From Oscillibacter sp. (GTDB taxonomy: Bacteria > Bacillota > Clostridia > Oscillospirales > Oscillospiraceae), in the NCBI GenBank assembly GCA_003539495.1, contig DPPB01000031.1:21407-85406 (forward strand): 64,000 bases of DNA, read 5' to 3'. The position numbers and the translations under genes were made by a program. The notes below the pieces were generated by a model, which saw nothing but the letters and a program-made list of their open reading frames with translations, had not been told where the DNA came from and did no database searches. Positions 18,870-27,696 of this stretch are shown here, in pieces; the stretch's first letter is position 1; the number at the start of each line of letters is the position of its first letter.

Positions 18870-18985
18870 AGATATAATTTGTCATTGCGAAGCCGGTGCG
18901 CACGCCGACTTCGCGATCCGTATCTCCTAAAAGATGAAAGAACGGATTCCCGCGATCGCTTCGCCCCCCGGAGTAACGGGGGATT
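18870..18985. repeat. Palindromic intergenic repeat, family B copy (GTCATTGCGAAGCCGGTGCGCAC…CTTCGCGATCCG)
   Basis: Nested inverted repeats. Related copies at 38895-39062, 58699-58748 and 59064-59110. Confidence 0.6.
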
Positions 18986-19496
18986 ACCGGGCAAAATGTA
19001 TGTTTTTCATAGCTCGGAACAGCAGGCCTGCCACAAAGCCTGTCAGCGTCCCCGTAAGCAGGGACACTCCCAGCAGCACCGGCAGATACCCCAGCACTGC
19101 CGTGCCGCCCAATACGATCATGGCGGCGCCGATCTGCCCGATATTATGGGCCGCCGCTCCGGCGATGGACACACCGTAAACGGACAACCCCCGCACCCGG
19201 CGCAGAGCTATCATCACAAGCATAGCTCCTACGCCGCCCATAAGGGAAAACAGTAAGGCCGAGGCGTTTCCCGCGAACAGGGAACCCAGCAGGCACCGGG
19301 CCACCAGAATCCCCAATGCCGGGGCGGCCCCCAGCTGGTACAGGGCAAACACCGTGACGATGTTGGCAAGGCCCAGCTTGATGCCCGGCAGAGGCACCGC
19401 CAGGGACACGGGAAACAGGTTTTCCAGCGTGCTGAGACCCAGAGCAAGGGCCGTTAAAACGGCGCAGAGGGCCAATTTTTTTGTTGTCAGCTTCAT
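18984..19496 (-). CDS. Membrane protein of the Hpre_diP_synt_I family (so-called heptaprenyl diphosphate synthase component I; probable flavin/ECF-like transporter component)
   Basis: 170 aa with 5-6 TM helices (MKLTTKKLALCAVLTALALGLS…). Last gene of the ApbE / NusG-II-domain triad. Start 19496 has RBS TAGGAGG. Confidence 0.6.
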   Translation of the reverse strand: MKLTTKKLALCAVLTALALGLSTLENLFPVSLAVPLPGIKLGLANIVTVFALYQLGAAPALGILVARCLLGSLFAGNASALLFSLMGGVGAMLVMIALRRVRGLSVYGVSIAGAAAHNIGQIGAAMIVLGGTAVLGYLPVLLGVSLLTGTLTGFVAGLLFRAMKNIHFAR

Positions 19497-19507
19497 CCGT
19501 CCGCCTC

Positions 19508-19909
19508 CTATCCCAGGATCACGTCCGCCGAGGGGGTTTTCCCCTCCAAGGTGACAACGACCTGCTCCGGCAGGCACACGATGCTCTGTCCTGCCCGGGT
19601 AATGCGCCCGGTATGGACGCAATCCTGTCCGGGGCAATCGCTGTCCGTGACGGCAGCACCGGTTTTATCCAGGATAACGGTCAGATGGTAGGTGCCGTCT
19701 ATAGCGATGGTTTTTTCCCCCGGCAGAGACGAAAGCTCCACCTGGGCCACCACCTGGCCCCGATGCTTCACAGTGGCAGTGAGGGAGCCCTCCCCCTTGT
19801 CGCCGTAGGCCAACAGAGCCGTGCCCACAGCCAGCAGCACCACCGCCAGCACCACCACCGCATCCAGCGGCTTCGGTTTTAATTCAGGCTGAGACCTCTT
19901 GGAAGTCAT
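19508..19909 (-). CDS. NusG domain II-containing membrane-anchored protein
   Basis: 133 aa: an N-terminal TM anchor then a beta domain (…LTATVKHRGQVVAQVELSSLPGEKTIAIDGTYHLTVILD…). This is the typical partner of ApbE in flavinylation gene triads. Confidence 0.55.
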   Translation of the reverse strand: MTSKRSQPELKPKPLDAVVVLAVVLLAVGTALLAYGDKGEGSLTATVKHRGQVVAQVELSSLPGEKTIAIDGTYHLTVILDKTGAAVTDSDCPGQDCVHTGRITRAGQSIVCLPEQVVVTLEGKTPSADVILG

Positions 19910-20900
19910 AGTCTGCCCCCTTTTGGGAAATGGAATCGGCCAGGCCGGGGGTGTAAAGCACCCGTCCGTCTGCCGTAATGAGCACCAGGTCAAAGGCCCC
20001 GCCGCTGTGCCGCCAAAAATCACAGGCAGCCTGCTCCCCCATGACATAGAGGGCCGTGGAATAGGCATCGGCCATAGTCCCGTTTTGTCCGATAACCGTC
20101 ACCGACAGCAGGTCTGTCTGAGCAGGGCGGCCGGTGCGGGGATCTAAAATATGCTGGTAAACGGTTCCGTCCGAGTCGGTAAAATACCGCTGGTAGCCCC
20201 CCGAGGTCACGGCGAACACATCCGTCAGCTCCAGGGTCATAGCGTAGGCGCCGGTGTCCTTCGGGTCCTGCACCGCCACGCTCCAGGCGCTGCCGTCGCT
20301 CTTTTGACCGCAGACATAAACGTTACCTCCCAAGGACACGGCGGCCCCGGTGACGGCATATTGCCGCAGCACCTGCGCCACCCGGTCGCTGGCGTAGCCC
20401 TTGGCAATGCCGCCCAGGTCCACGGCGCAGCCACTGTCCAGAGTCACGGCATTGCCATCCATATGGATATGACCACTCCCAACCAAAGGCAGCAGCGCAT
20501 CAATTTCACTTTGGGATGGGACCCGGGGACTGTCCGTGGTGATGCCCCACAGGGACACCAGGGGCGCCACCGTCACATCGAACAGGCCGCCCGTCGCGGC
20601 GCTGTAGGTCATGGCGCTTTGGAGCAGCGCCGCCGTTTCCTCGCTGACCACGGCGCTGCCGCTGTCATTCAATTTGTAAATATCGCTGGCAGAAACCGTC
20701 CGGGAAAGCTCCTGCTCCAGGCGGTTTATTTCTCGGGCTGCGGCCGCCAATGCCTCCCGGGCTCCGTCCCCGTAGGCCGCCAGACTCATATAGGTGTCCA
20801 TGGCAAAAATGTCCTGCCGCTCCGGCTCCTTGGTCTTGCCACAGGCGGTGAGGCTGCAAAGCAGCAGCGCCGCAAGGGCCGCGCACATCCATTTTTTCAC
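19884..20900 (-). CDS. apbE: FAD:protein FMN transferase ApbE, lipoprotein
   Basis: Lipobox LTAC after the signal peptide. ApbE motifs: DLGGIAKGYA, GGNV and the Mg-binding region. Confidence 0.85.
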   Translation of the reverse strand: MKKWMCAALAALLLCSLTACGKTKEPERQDIFAMDTYMSLAAYGDGAREALAAAAREINRLEQELSRTVSASDIYKLNDSGSAVVSEETAALLQSAMTYSAATGGLFDVTVAPLVSLWGITTDSPRVPSQSEIDALLPLVGSGHIHMDGNAVTLDSGCAVDLGGIAKGYASDRVAQVLRQYAVTGAAVSLGGNVYVCGQKSDGSAWSVAVQDPKDTGAYAMTLELTDVFAVTSGGYQRYFTDSDGTVYQHILDPRTGRPAQTDLLSVTVIGQNGTMADAYSTALYVMGEQAACDFWRHSGGAFDLVLITADGRVLYTPGLADSISQKGADYDFQEVSA

Positions 20901-21496
20901 AGCTCTCGCCGCCCTTCCAGGGCCCGCATGAGCGTGGCGTCATCGGCAAATTCCAGATGTCCGCCCACGGGGATGCCGTAGGCCAGCCGGGTGACCTTCA
21001 CCCCGAAGGGCTTTAGCAGCCTTGATAGATACATAGCCGTGGTCTCCCCCTCGGTGTCGGGATTGGTGGCCATGATGACCTCCCGGATGCCACCGGCAGC
21101 CACCCGCTCCACCAGGGATTTGATCTGCAGGTCGTCAGGCCCCACATGATTCATGGGTGAAAGCACCCCATGGAGCACATGGTAGCGGCCATTGTATTCC
21201 CGGCTGCGCTCAATGGCCAGCACGTCCCGGGGGTCGGCCACCACGCAGATGGTGCTCTCGTCCCGCTTGGGGGAGGCGCACACGGAGCAAAGGCCTCCGG
21301 CGGTGAGATTTTGGCACACGGGGCAGAGGGTGACGCTCTTTTTTGCATCCACAATGGCGTCGGCAAAGGCCTGGGCCTCCTCCATAGGCAGGCCCAGCAC
21401 GAAAAACGCCAGCCGCTGGGCGGACTTGCGGCCCACGCCCGGGAGCCTTGCAAACTGCTCCGTCAGTTTTTCCAGAGGTGCGGGAAAGTACTCCAT
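20897..21496 (-). CDS. recR: Recombination protein RecR
   Basis: C4 zinc finger CPVCQNLTAGGLCSVC, a Toprim domain and the helix-hairpin-helix N-terminus. Confidence 0.9.
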   Translation of the reverse strand: MEYFPAPLEKLTEQFARLPGVGRKSAQRLAFFVLGLPMEEAQAFADAIVDAKKSVTLCPVCQNLTAGGLCSVCASPKRDESTICVVADPRDVLAIERSREYNGRYHVLHGVLSPMNHVGPDDLQIKSLVERVAAGGIREVIMATNPDTEGETTAMYLSRLLKPFGVKVTRLAYGIPVGGHLEFADDATLMRALEGRREL

Positions 21497-21500
21497 AGAC

Positions 21501-22145
21501 TCACCCTCTCAGGGCCCGGATGCGGGCAGGAATATTCTCTGCCTTGTATACCGCGGAACCCGCCACCAGCACATTGGCGCCGGAGGCGATGCAGATTTTG
21601 CAGGTGTCGGGGTCCACCCCGCCATCCACCTCCAGCTCGCAAAGAGGATTCATGGCGTCGATATAGCTGCGGATCTGCTGCACCTTGGGCATCATGTCGG
21701 CCATAAATTTCTGCCCGCCGAAGCCCGGCTCCACGGTCATCACCAAAATCAGCTCCACCTCGCTTATAAACGGCAGCACTGCCGAGGCAGGGGTCTTGGG
21801 CTTTACCACCACGCCGGCCTTTTTTCCCTTGGCGTGGATCTTTTTCAGGGCCTGATGGATATTCTCCTCGGTGTCCGCCTCCACATGGCAGGTGACAATG
21901 TCGGCGCCGGCGTCGCAGAATTGCTCCACATAGCGCTCCGGACGCTCAATCATCAGGTGTACGTCCAGGGGCAGCGCCGTCACCGGACGGATGGACTTCA
22001 CCACCGGGATACCGATGGAGATATTGGGCACAAACAGGCCGTCCATCACATCCACATGGACATAGTCGGCAGAGTCAATGCGTTGGATATCCCGGCCGAG
22101 ATTAGCAAAGTCGGCAGAAAGAATGGAGGGGGCGATTTTGATCAT
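21501..22145 (-). CDS. rpe: Ribulose-phosphate 3-epimerase
   Basis: MIKIAPSILSADFANL…HVDVMDGLFVPN…VDGGV: the canonical Rpe TIM-barrel motifs. Start ATG 22145; the upstream 76 codons of the track ORF are rejected. Confidence 0.9.
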   Translation of the reverse strand: MIKIAPSILSADFANLGRDIQRIDSADYVHVDVMDGLFVPNISIGIPVVKSIRPVTALPLDVHLMIERPERYVEQFCDAGADIVTCHVEADTEENIHQALKKIHAKGKKAGVVVKPKTPASAVLPFISEVELILVMTVEPGFGGQKFMADMMPKVQQIRSYIDAMNPLCELEVDGGVDPDTCKICIASGANVLVAGSAVYKAENIPARIRALRG

Positions 22146-22421
22146 GGTGAAAGAATCCTTTCTCATTGGGTTTGACACCGGGCCGGGCCGGGGTGCATAG
22201 GATGGTGCAAGCGGCGCGAGGCGAAGTTTATCCGGGTAATGCCTGCGCAGCTTGCCCGTCCCACCGGCTCTCGCCCGCCGCTTTTCAGATAGGGGGCCGG
22301 CGGCCCTGGTCGCCGGCTCCCAGTGGGCATATTTTAACGTGTATATTATACCGCAACGGAAAGCATAATGCAACGGAGAAAATGCAAACCCTCTGCCGGT
22401 AGGCAGAGGGTTTGTCGGCTA

Positions 22422-23657
22422 TCAAATGGCGAAATTCCCGTTTATAAAAATGGGAACCTCCCGTCCATCCCGGGTGGTGCCCACAATGGAGAGATCTGCG
22501 GTCCCCACCATAAAATCCACATGGGTGACAGAATCGTTTAGGCCACGGGCCTTCAGCTGCTCCTTATCCATGTCTCGCCCCCCCTCAATGCAGGGGTAGG
22601 CCTCGCCAAAGGCGATGTGGCAGGCAGCATTTTCATCGAACAAGGTGTTATAAAACAGCAGCTTTTGGTTGGAGATAGGACTATCGTAGGGAACCAAAGC
22701 CACCTCACCGAAATAGGACGCGCCCTCATCCACGGAGATGGCCGCCTCCAGCACCGCCTGTCCCTGCTTGGCAGAGACGGACGTGATCCTGCCGTTTTCC
22801 ACAGTCATGCGGAAGCCATCGATGATGTTGCCATCGTGGACCAGGGGCATGGAGGCCACCACCGTGCCGTTGGCCCCGGTGCGCAGGGGCGCGGTGAACA
22901 GCTCCTCCGTGGGCATATTGGCCACAAAGGGCTGGCCTGCGGAGGTGCAGTCGTCCCCGGCCTCCCAGATGTGGTCCGCCGGCAACTCCACGGTCAGGTC
23001 GGTGCCAAGGGAGTTGGTGTAGTGCAGGGACTTCAGGCGCAGGGCGTTGAGCTTTTCCTTGCGCCGGGAAAGGTTTTCCAGATGCTCCTGCCAGTGGCGA
23101 ACGCTTTGTCCGTCCCCGGTGATACGCACAGCCTTGAATATGGCGTTCCACAGGCTTTCCATGGCCTGCTCCTCGGTTAGGCTGGGGAACACTCGGCCGG
23201 CCCAGGAGGGGATGGGAATAGACGCAATACACCAGGGAAAGCCGCTGCTCATCTGCAGCCGGTAAAAATCCTTCAGTGCCTTGCCGCTCACCCGCAGGGA
23301 GCGCACCCGGCGGTCCGGATCCACCCCCTTGAGATGCTCCGGGTCCTCAGCGTCAATGGCCAGATATGCCGCCCCCTCGTTTGCGTAGTCGTTAAAAAAA
23401 TGCTGCCGCCACTGGGGCACCTGGTCAAACACGGCATCCTCCGCCCGGAGGAACTTCTCCCGGGCCAGGTAGTCGTCATGCCAGTTCATCACCACCTCAC
23501 GGCAGCCCACATCGTAGGCCGCTGTAGCGCATAGCCGGGCGAAATAGGCACATTCCACCGGGCTGGAAATTACCAGGGTCTGCCCCTTCTGCACATGCAG
23601 GCCCACCTCAATGAGGAGCTTTGCATATTCCTGGAGCTTTTCATTTTTCATATCCAC
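22422..23657 (-). CDS. Aminopeptidase, M29 (AmpS/PepS thermophilic metalloprotease) family
   Basis: 411 aa with the characteristic length and conserved acidic/His metal-ligand segments of the M29 family (…EVALVPYDSPIS…HIAFGEAYP…VTHVDFMVG…). Confidence 0.7.
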   Translation of the reverse strand: MDMKNEKLQEYAKLLIEVGLHVQKGQTLVISSPVECAYFARLCATAAYDVGCREVVMNWHDDYLAREKFLRAEDAVFDQVPQWRQHFFNDYANEGAAYLAIDAEDPEHLKGVDPDRRVRSLRVSGKALKDFYRLQMSSGFPWCIASIPIPSWAGRVFPSLTEEQAMESLWNAIFKAVRITGDGQSVRHWQEHLENLSRRKEKLNALRLKSLHYTNSLGTDLTVELPADHIWEAGDDCTSAGQPFVANMPTEELFTAPLRTGANGTVVASMPLVHDGNIIDGFRMTVENGRITSVSAKQGQAVLEAAISVDEGASYFGEVALVPYDSPISNQKLLFYNTLFDENAACHIAFGEAYPCIEGGRDMDKEQLKARGLNDSVTHVDFMVGTADLSIVGTTRDGREVPIFINGNFAI

Positions 23658-23690
23658 AAATGCACTTCCTACATATAATTATTGTGTCCG

Positions 23691-25049
23691 TTATCCCAGT
23701 ATGTCCATCAGGTCATCGGTGCCTGTGGTCTTTGTGACCACCACCACATGATCCCCCTCATGGATGCAGGTGTTGCCGTCGGGGATAACAATCTCCTTAT
23801 CCCGGGCAATGGCTCCCACCAGGACTCCCTGCTTCAGGGGCAGGTCCTTCATGGGTCTGTCCAGCAGCTGGCGGCACTCCGGCCCGGCGGTGAACTCCAG
23901 CGCCTCCACCTGGCCGCCCATCATCTTATACAGGCTCTCCACAAAGCTGCCCTCGGAATTGGCCAGAGCCCGGACATAGCGGGTGATCTGATTGGCTACC
24001 AGATCCTTGGGGCTAATGATGCTGCTGATATGGGTATCCCGGACCAGGTCCATATAGTTGGGGCGGGTCATCTTGGCCAGCACCTTGCCCACGCCGGCCC
24101 GCTGGGCGCTGAGGGCCATGAGCAGGTTCTCCTCGTCCCGGTCTGTCAGGGACACAAAGGCGTCTGCCGCGAATACGCCCTCGTCCCGCAGGAGGTCGTT
24201 GTCCGTGCCGTCCCCCTCGATTACGAGAGTGTCCGGCAGCTCTGCCGAGAGGGTGATGCACTTTTGGTGGTTCATCTCCACGATCTGAGACTTGATGCCC
24301 CGCTTTTTAAGCTCCCACACCAGGTACATAGCCGTGCGGCTGCCGCCTAAAATAGACACGGCCCTCACCTTCTGCTGGGAGTGCCCCAGGCTGTGGAGTG
24401 TGTCCTGCAGCTGTCCCTTGGCGCCGATCATATAGAGCTTATCCCCGATCTGCGGCACAAACGCGCCGTTGGGAATCACCGTTTCGCCGCCATGGACCGC
24501 CACACAGAACAGCACCTTGGCCGAGGTGTGGCTACTGAACTCACTGAGGGAGCGCCCTGCCACGATGGTCTGGTCGGTGACGTCAAAGCCGATCATGTCA
24601 ATGCGGCCTCCCGCAAAGGGCTCCACCGAGAAGGCCGACGGCGTGGAGACGATCCGGGCGATCTCCTGCGCCGCCGCCAGATCAGGATTTATAACCATGT
24701 CCAGGCCGATCTCTTTTTTCAGCATGTCCGCATCCCGGCGGTACTCCGGGCTGCGCACCCGGGCGATGGTGTGGCCCGCGCCCAGCTTCTTGGCAATAAA
24801 GCAGCACAAAAGGTTCGTATCATCCAGGTTCGTTACGGCGATGACCAGGTCCGCGCTTTGGGCGCCGGCCTCCTTCAAGACCCGGATGGATGCGCCGTTG
24901 CCCTCGATGCACATAACGTCCAGAGCATTTTCCGCCCTGTGCAGCGCGACGGCGTTGTCGTCTACCATAACAATATCGTGATGCTCGCCTGCCAACTGGC
25001 TGGCAATGGCATAGCCCACCTTTCCGTTTCCCACAATAATGATCTTCAT
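23691..25049 (-). CDS. trkA: Trk potassium-uptake system NAD-binding protein TrkA (two RCK modules)
   Basis: MKIIIVGNGKVGYAIASQL and a second IGAKGQ… Rossmann repeat, i.e. tandem RCK_N/RCK_C domains. Confidence 0.85.
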   Translation of the reverse strand: MKIIIVGNGKVGYAIASQLAGEHHDIVMVDDNAVALHRAENALDVMCIEGNGASIRVLKEAGAQSADLVIAVTNLDDTNLLCCFIAKKLGAGHTIARVRSPEYRRDADMLKKEIGLDMVINPDLAAAQEIARIVSTPSAFSVEPFAGGRIDMIGFDVTDQTIVAGRSLSEFSSHTSAKVLFCVAVHGGETVIPNGAFVPQIGDKLYMIGAKGQLQDTLHSLGHSQQKVRAVSILGGSRTAMYLVWELKKRGIKSQIVEMNHQKCITLSAELPDTLVIEGDGTDNDLLRDEGVFAADAFVSLTDRDEENLLMALSAQRAGVGKVLAKMTRPNYMDLVRDTHISSIISPKDLVANQITRYVRALANSEGSFVESLYKMMGGQVEALEFTAGPECRQLLDRPMKDLPLKQGVLVGAIARDKEIVIPDGNTCIHEGDHVVVVTKTTGTDDLMDILG

Positions 25050-25825
25050 TTTGTTCCTTTCTCCCCTTCCGGTGGGTGAATGGTTTTGTTTTCTCTATAC
25101 GCAAGGCGTGAGCCGTTGTACTCTGCGCCCATAATGAGCACCTGTCCGGTCATATATAGCCACAGCAGCACCACCACAATGGTAGCAATGGAGCCGTACA
25201 GCTCCGTATAATGGGCCACCTTTTCCACATAGTAGGAAAAGGCTACGCTTAGCGCCAGCCAGGCCAGCATGCTCAGCAATACCCCCGGTACCACCTCCCG
25301 CAGCGGGCATCTTCGGCCCCTGGCCAGCATATTCAGCGGCACCAGCACCAGCAGCATGATGACCCCCAGCACCGCAAAGCGCAGGGTCTCCCACACGTTG
25401 ATAAACTGGTCCGGAATTTGGATCAGCCCCGAGACAAATTGCAGCGCCCGGCGGCCCACGGTGGTGAGCACGATGCTGGCAGCAATGGTGACGATGAGCC
25501 AAAGGGTAAAAATCAAATTACGCAGTGTACCGCCAATCATGCTGGGCGGCTGAGGCACACCATAGGCCTTGCGCACGGAGTGCATCAGGCAGCTGGTGGC
25601 CCGCAAGGGAAACCACACCGAGAAGATTAAGCTGAACACCAGCAGCTGGCGGCTGGGGCTGGTAGACACATACTCCAGATAGCTGCCCACGATGCCCAGT
25701 ACCTGCTCGGGCAAAATACGGCTCATGGCAGTAAGGGTCTCCTCAATGTCCAGATCCATCAAGCCCACCAGGGTGCTGACGAACACCAGCAGCGGGAAAA
25801 TGGCAAAGAGCAAATAATAGGTCAA
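25046..25825 (-). CDS. yihY: YihY/BrkB-family membrane protein with a disrupted N-terminus (probable frameshift at a G5 run)
   Basis: In the listed frame the protein begins MTYYLLFAIFPLLVF at a TTG. The in-frame upstream codons (no ATG/GTG/TTG start) encode …KPLAFIRDLIDRYYAHDVARDGAAL, which aligns with the conserved YihY N-terminus. A different frame (ORF 25743..26105) continues upstream from a CCCCC/GGGGG run at 25936-25940. Confidence 0.6.
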   Translation of the reverse strand: MTYYLLFAIFPLLVFVSTLVGLMDLDIEETLTAMSRILPEQVLGIVGSYLEYVSTSPSRQLLVFSLIFSVWFPLRATSCLMHSVRKAYGVPQPPSMIGGTLRNLIFTLWLIVTIAASIVLTTVGRRALQFVSGLIQIPDQFINVWETLRFAVLGVIMLLVLVPLNMLARGRRCPLREVVPGVLLSMLAWLALSVAFSYYVEKVAHYTELYGSIATIVVVLLWLYMTGQVLIMGAEYNGSRLAYRENKTIHPPEGEKGTK

Positions 25826-26003
25826 AGCCGCACCGTCCCGGGCGACGTCGTGGGCATAGTACCGGTCGATAAGATCCCGGATGAAGGCCAGCGGCTTGCC
25901 GCGTTTTTCGTTTTTGTTTCCTTTGATGCCGCTCTCCCCCTTCGGCCCGGATACACCCGGGCGTTCTGCGCCGCCTGCGTCGCAGCAGCTTTTTGGTTAT
26001 TAT

Positions 26004-26114
26004 ACCATGCCGCGACGCGGAATGGTATAATGCTGCCATATTTTTCGGCTCCCGGCGAAGCCGGGGAAAAAATGGCATAAAATATAATGGCCGCATTGCG
26101 GTCATTATACCATA
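26004..26114. promoter_or_regulatory. Two related near-perfect palindromes in the yihY / XRE divergent intergenic region (candidate operator sites)
   Basis: TATACCATGCCGCG-A-CGCGGAATGGTATA (about 26004-26032) and ATAATGGCCGCA-TT-GCGGTCATTAT (about 26088-26112) share an ATGGCCGC…GCGG.CAT core. CGGACAAGTGTCCG lies at about 26177. Confidence 0.4.
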
Positions 26115-26303
26115 GAAATACCGCGAAATAAACCTTTTCTTCCCGTGTAGTCGCTTATCAGTATAAATCCGTCCGTGTCGGACAAGTGTCCGTCAAAATC
26201 TCTAAAAATACTTCTTATTTTTGGAAAATAATTCCTATTGCTTTTTTCCATTATTATGCTATGATTGAGGAAAGTAATTTGTCATATTAAAAGAGGTGCA
26301 ATT

Positions 26304-26738
26304 ATGGATAATCTAACGAAAATCGTGCGCACGGAGATCACTCGTCAGTACAAGAGTGTGCGTCAGTTTGCCTTCGCAGTGGATATACCTCTGTCCACCA
26401 TTAACAGTGCCCTGCACAACGGCATCGGCGGTTCCTCCTTTGACACCGTAGTGCATATCTGCAAGACCCTTGGTATCAAAGCCCTATCGGACGATTCCGC
26501 CTTCTACCTGACGGACGACACGCAGGATTTGCTGACCCAGTATGCCCAGTTGGATAGCTATGGCCGGCATACCGTAGCCACCGTTCTGAAGGTGGAGGCT
26601 GATCGCTGCAAGAAAGCCGCCGACGCTTTTACCGGCGAGGCCGCTGCCTTTGGCGGCAGCTTTACCAGTGTGAATATGCCCGCAGGCGATGCCGCAGACG
26701 CTGTCAATGCTCTGCGCAGCCTGAAAAACAAGGAGTAA
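26304..26738 (+). CDS. XRE-family (Cro/C1-type HTH) transcriptional regulator
   Basis: N-terminal HTH …QYKSVRQFAFAVDIPLSTINSALHNG…. RBS AAAGAGGTG then ATG at 26304. The locus is AT-rich relative to its surroundings. Confidence 0.75.
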   Translation: MDNLTKIVRTEITRQYKSVRQFAFAVDIPLSTINSALHNGIGGSSFDTVVHICKTLGIKALSDDSAFYLTDDTQDLLTQYAQLDSYGRHTVATVLKVEADRCKKAADAFTGEAAAFGGSFTSVNMPAGDAADAVNALRSLKNKE

Positions 26739-26752
26739 GAGGGGACCGTCTC

Positions 26753-27412
26753 ATGACACCTGTGCAGCGCGAGGCGCGCACATTTTTGTCGCAGTTTCAC
26801 CGCCGGCCTTTTACGGTTTCAGATCTTGAAAAAGCCCTGCAGGAGCAGGGCTTTTCCTTGGTTGAGTACAGCCGCATTTCCAACGGCAAGGAGGTCACCA
26901 CTCTGCTCACCTCCCTGCGTCTGTTTGATTATGCCGCCAGGCAATCCGCCTTCACCTATCAGGATCCCCACCTGCGGATCGTTTTTATGCAGGAAAACCT
27001 ATCTCAGCAGGAGCAAATAATCCTGCTGAGCCATGAGCTGGGGCACATTCTGTGCCGACATTTGGATCGGTCCCCCGCTACCGGCCCCGGCAGCAGCGTC
27101 CTCCAGGAGCAGGAGGCCAATGAGTTTGCCTCTATCCTTCTGCGATATAACCGCCGCTGCAGGCCCAGGCGCATCGCCCTGTGGGGCGGCATCGGTATAG
27201 CCGTCGCCGCGGCGCTGGTGGTGCTGATCTTGTGCATTTTCCCGGCCAGCTCCAGCCAGACGGTTTACTTAACGGAATCCGGTCGGTGCTACCACAGGCA
27301 GGATTGCCAGTATGTCATTGGCAAGGATAATACTGTCACCGTAACGGAGCAGCAGGCCAAGGATTCCGGTTATGACGCCTGCACCTGGTGCTTCGACCAC
27401 AGCAGCTCATAA
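26753..27412 (+). CDS. ImmA/IrrE-family zinc metallopeptidase with a C-terminal TM helix and an extracytoplasmic Cys4 tail
   Basis: HEXXH motif HELGHILCRH. A hydrophobic segment IALWGGIGIAVAAALVVLILCIF. C-terminal …CYHRQDC…CTWC. Overlaps/abuts the XRE gene (15-nt gap), the classic XRE-ImmA pair. Confidence 0.7.
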   Translation: MTPVQREARTFLSQFHRRPFTVSDLEKALQEQGFSLVEYSRISNGKEVTTLLTSLRLFDYAARQSAFTYQDPHLRIVFMQENLSQQEQIILLSHELGHILCRHLDRSPATGPGSSVLQEQEANEFASILLRYNRRCRPRRIALWGGIGIAVAAALVVLILCIFPASSSQTVYLTESGRCYHRQDCQYVIGKDNTVTVTEQQAKDSGYDACTWCFDHSSS

Positions 27413-27562
27413 ACAGCGTATTGAAATGCTCTTTTTGCTTTGCTGCCTTCTTCATCCTGCTGACCGCATATTAGCTGCAGCCGGACGCGCCATCGGCGCT
27501 CGACAGGATTGCTAAGGTCGATGATAAGGATGGTGTGCGCTGTAAAATAGTGCGCAGAAAAA

Positions 27563-27605
27563 GACGAGTAAGCTTCCCGGAAGGGGCTGCTTACTCGTCT
27601 TTGCT
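27563..27605. terminator. Bidirectional intrinsic terminator between the ImmA gene and the surface-protein gene
   Basis: agacgagtaagc…gcttactcgtct stem flanked by an A5 and a T-rich run. A second hairpin gaggcgcggtgg-aaatt-ccaccgcgcctc lies at 27637-27665. Confidence 0.7.
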
Positions 27606-27696
27606 TTATGACTCCGGCGGAGCGCATCTCGTTTCAGAGGCGCGGTGGAAATTCCACCGCGCCTCTGCTGTTTGGATTTGGTTGCAGCCGATGGGC

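Noticed and set aside
26004-27412. XRE-ImmA pair as evidence of a prophage or ICE in the window
   Set aside because: No integrase, recombinase, terminase, capsid/tail or conjugation genes, and no att-like direct repeats, are visible within the window. I report it only as an AT-rich regulatory cassette or possible remnant.
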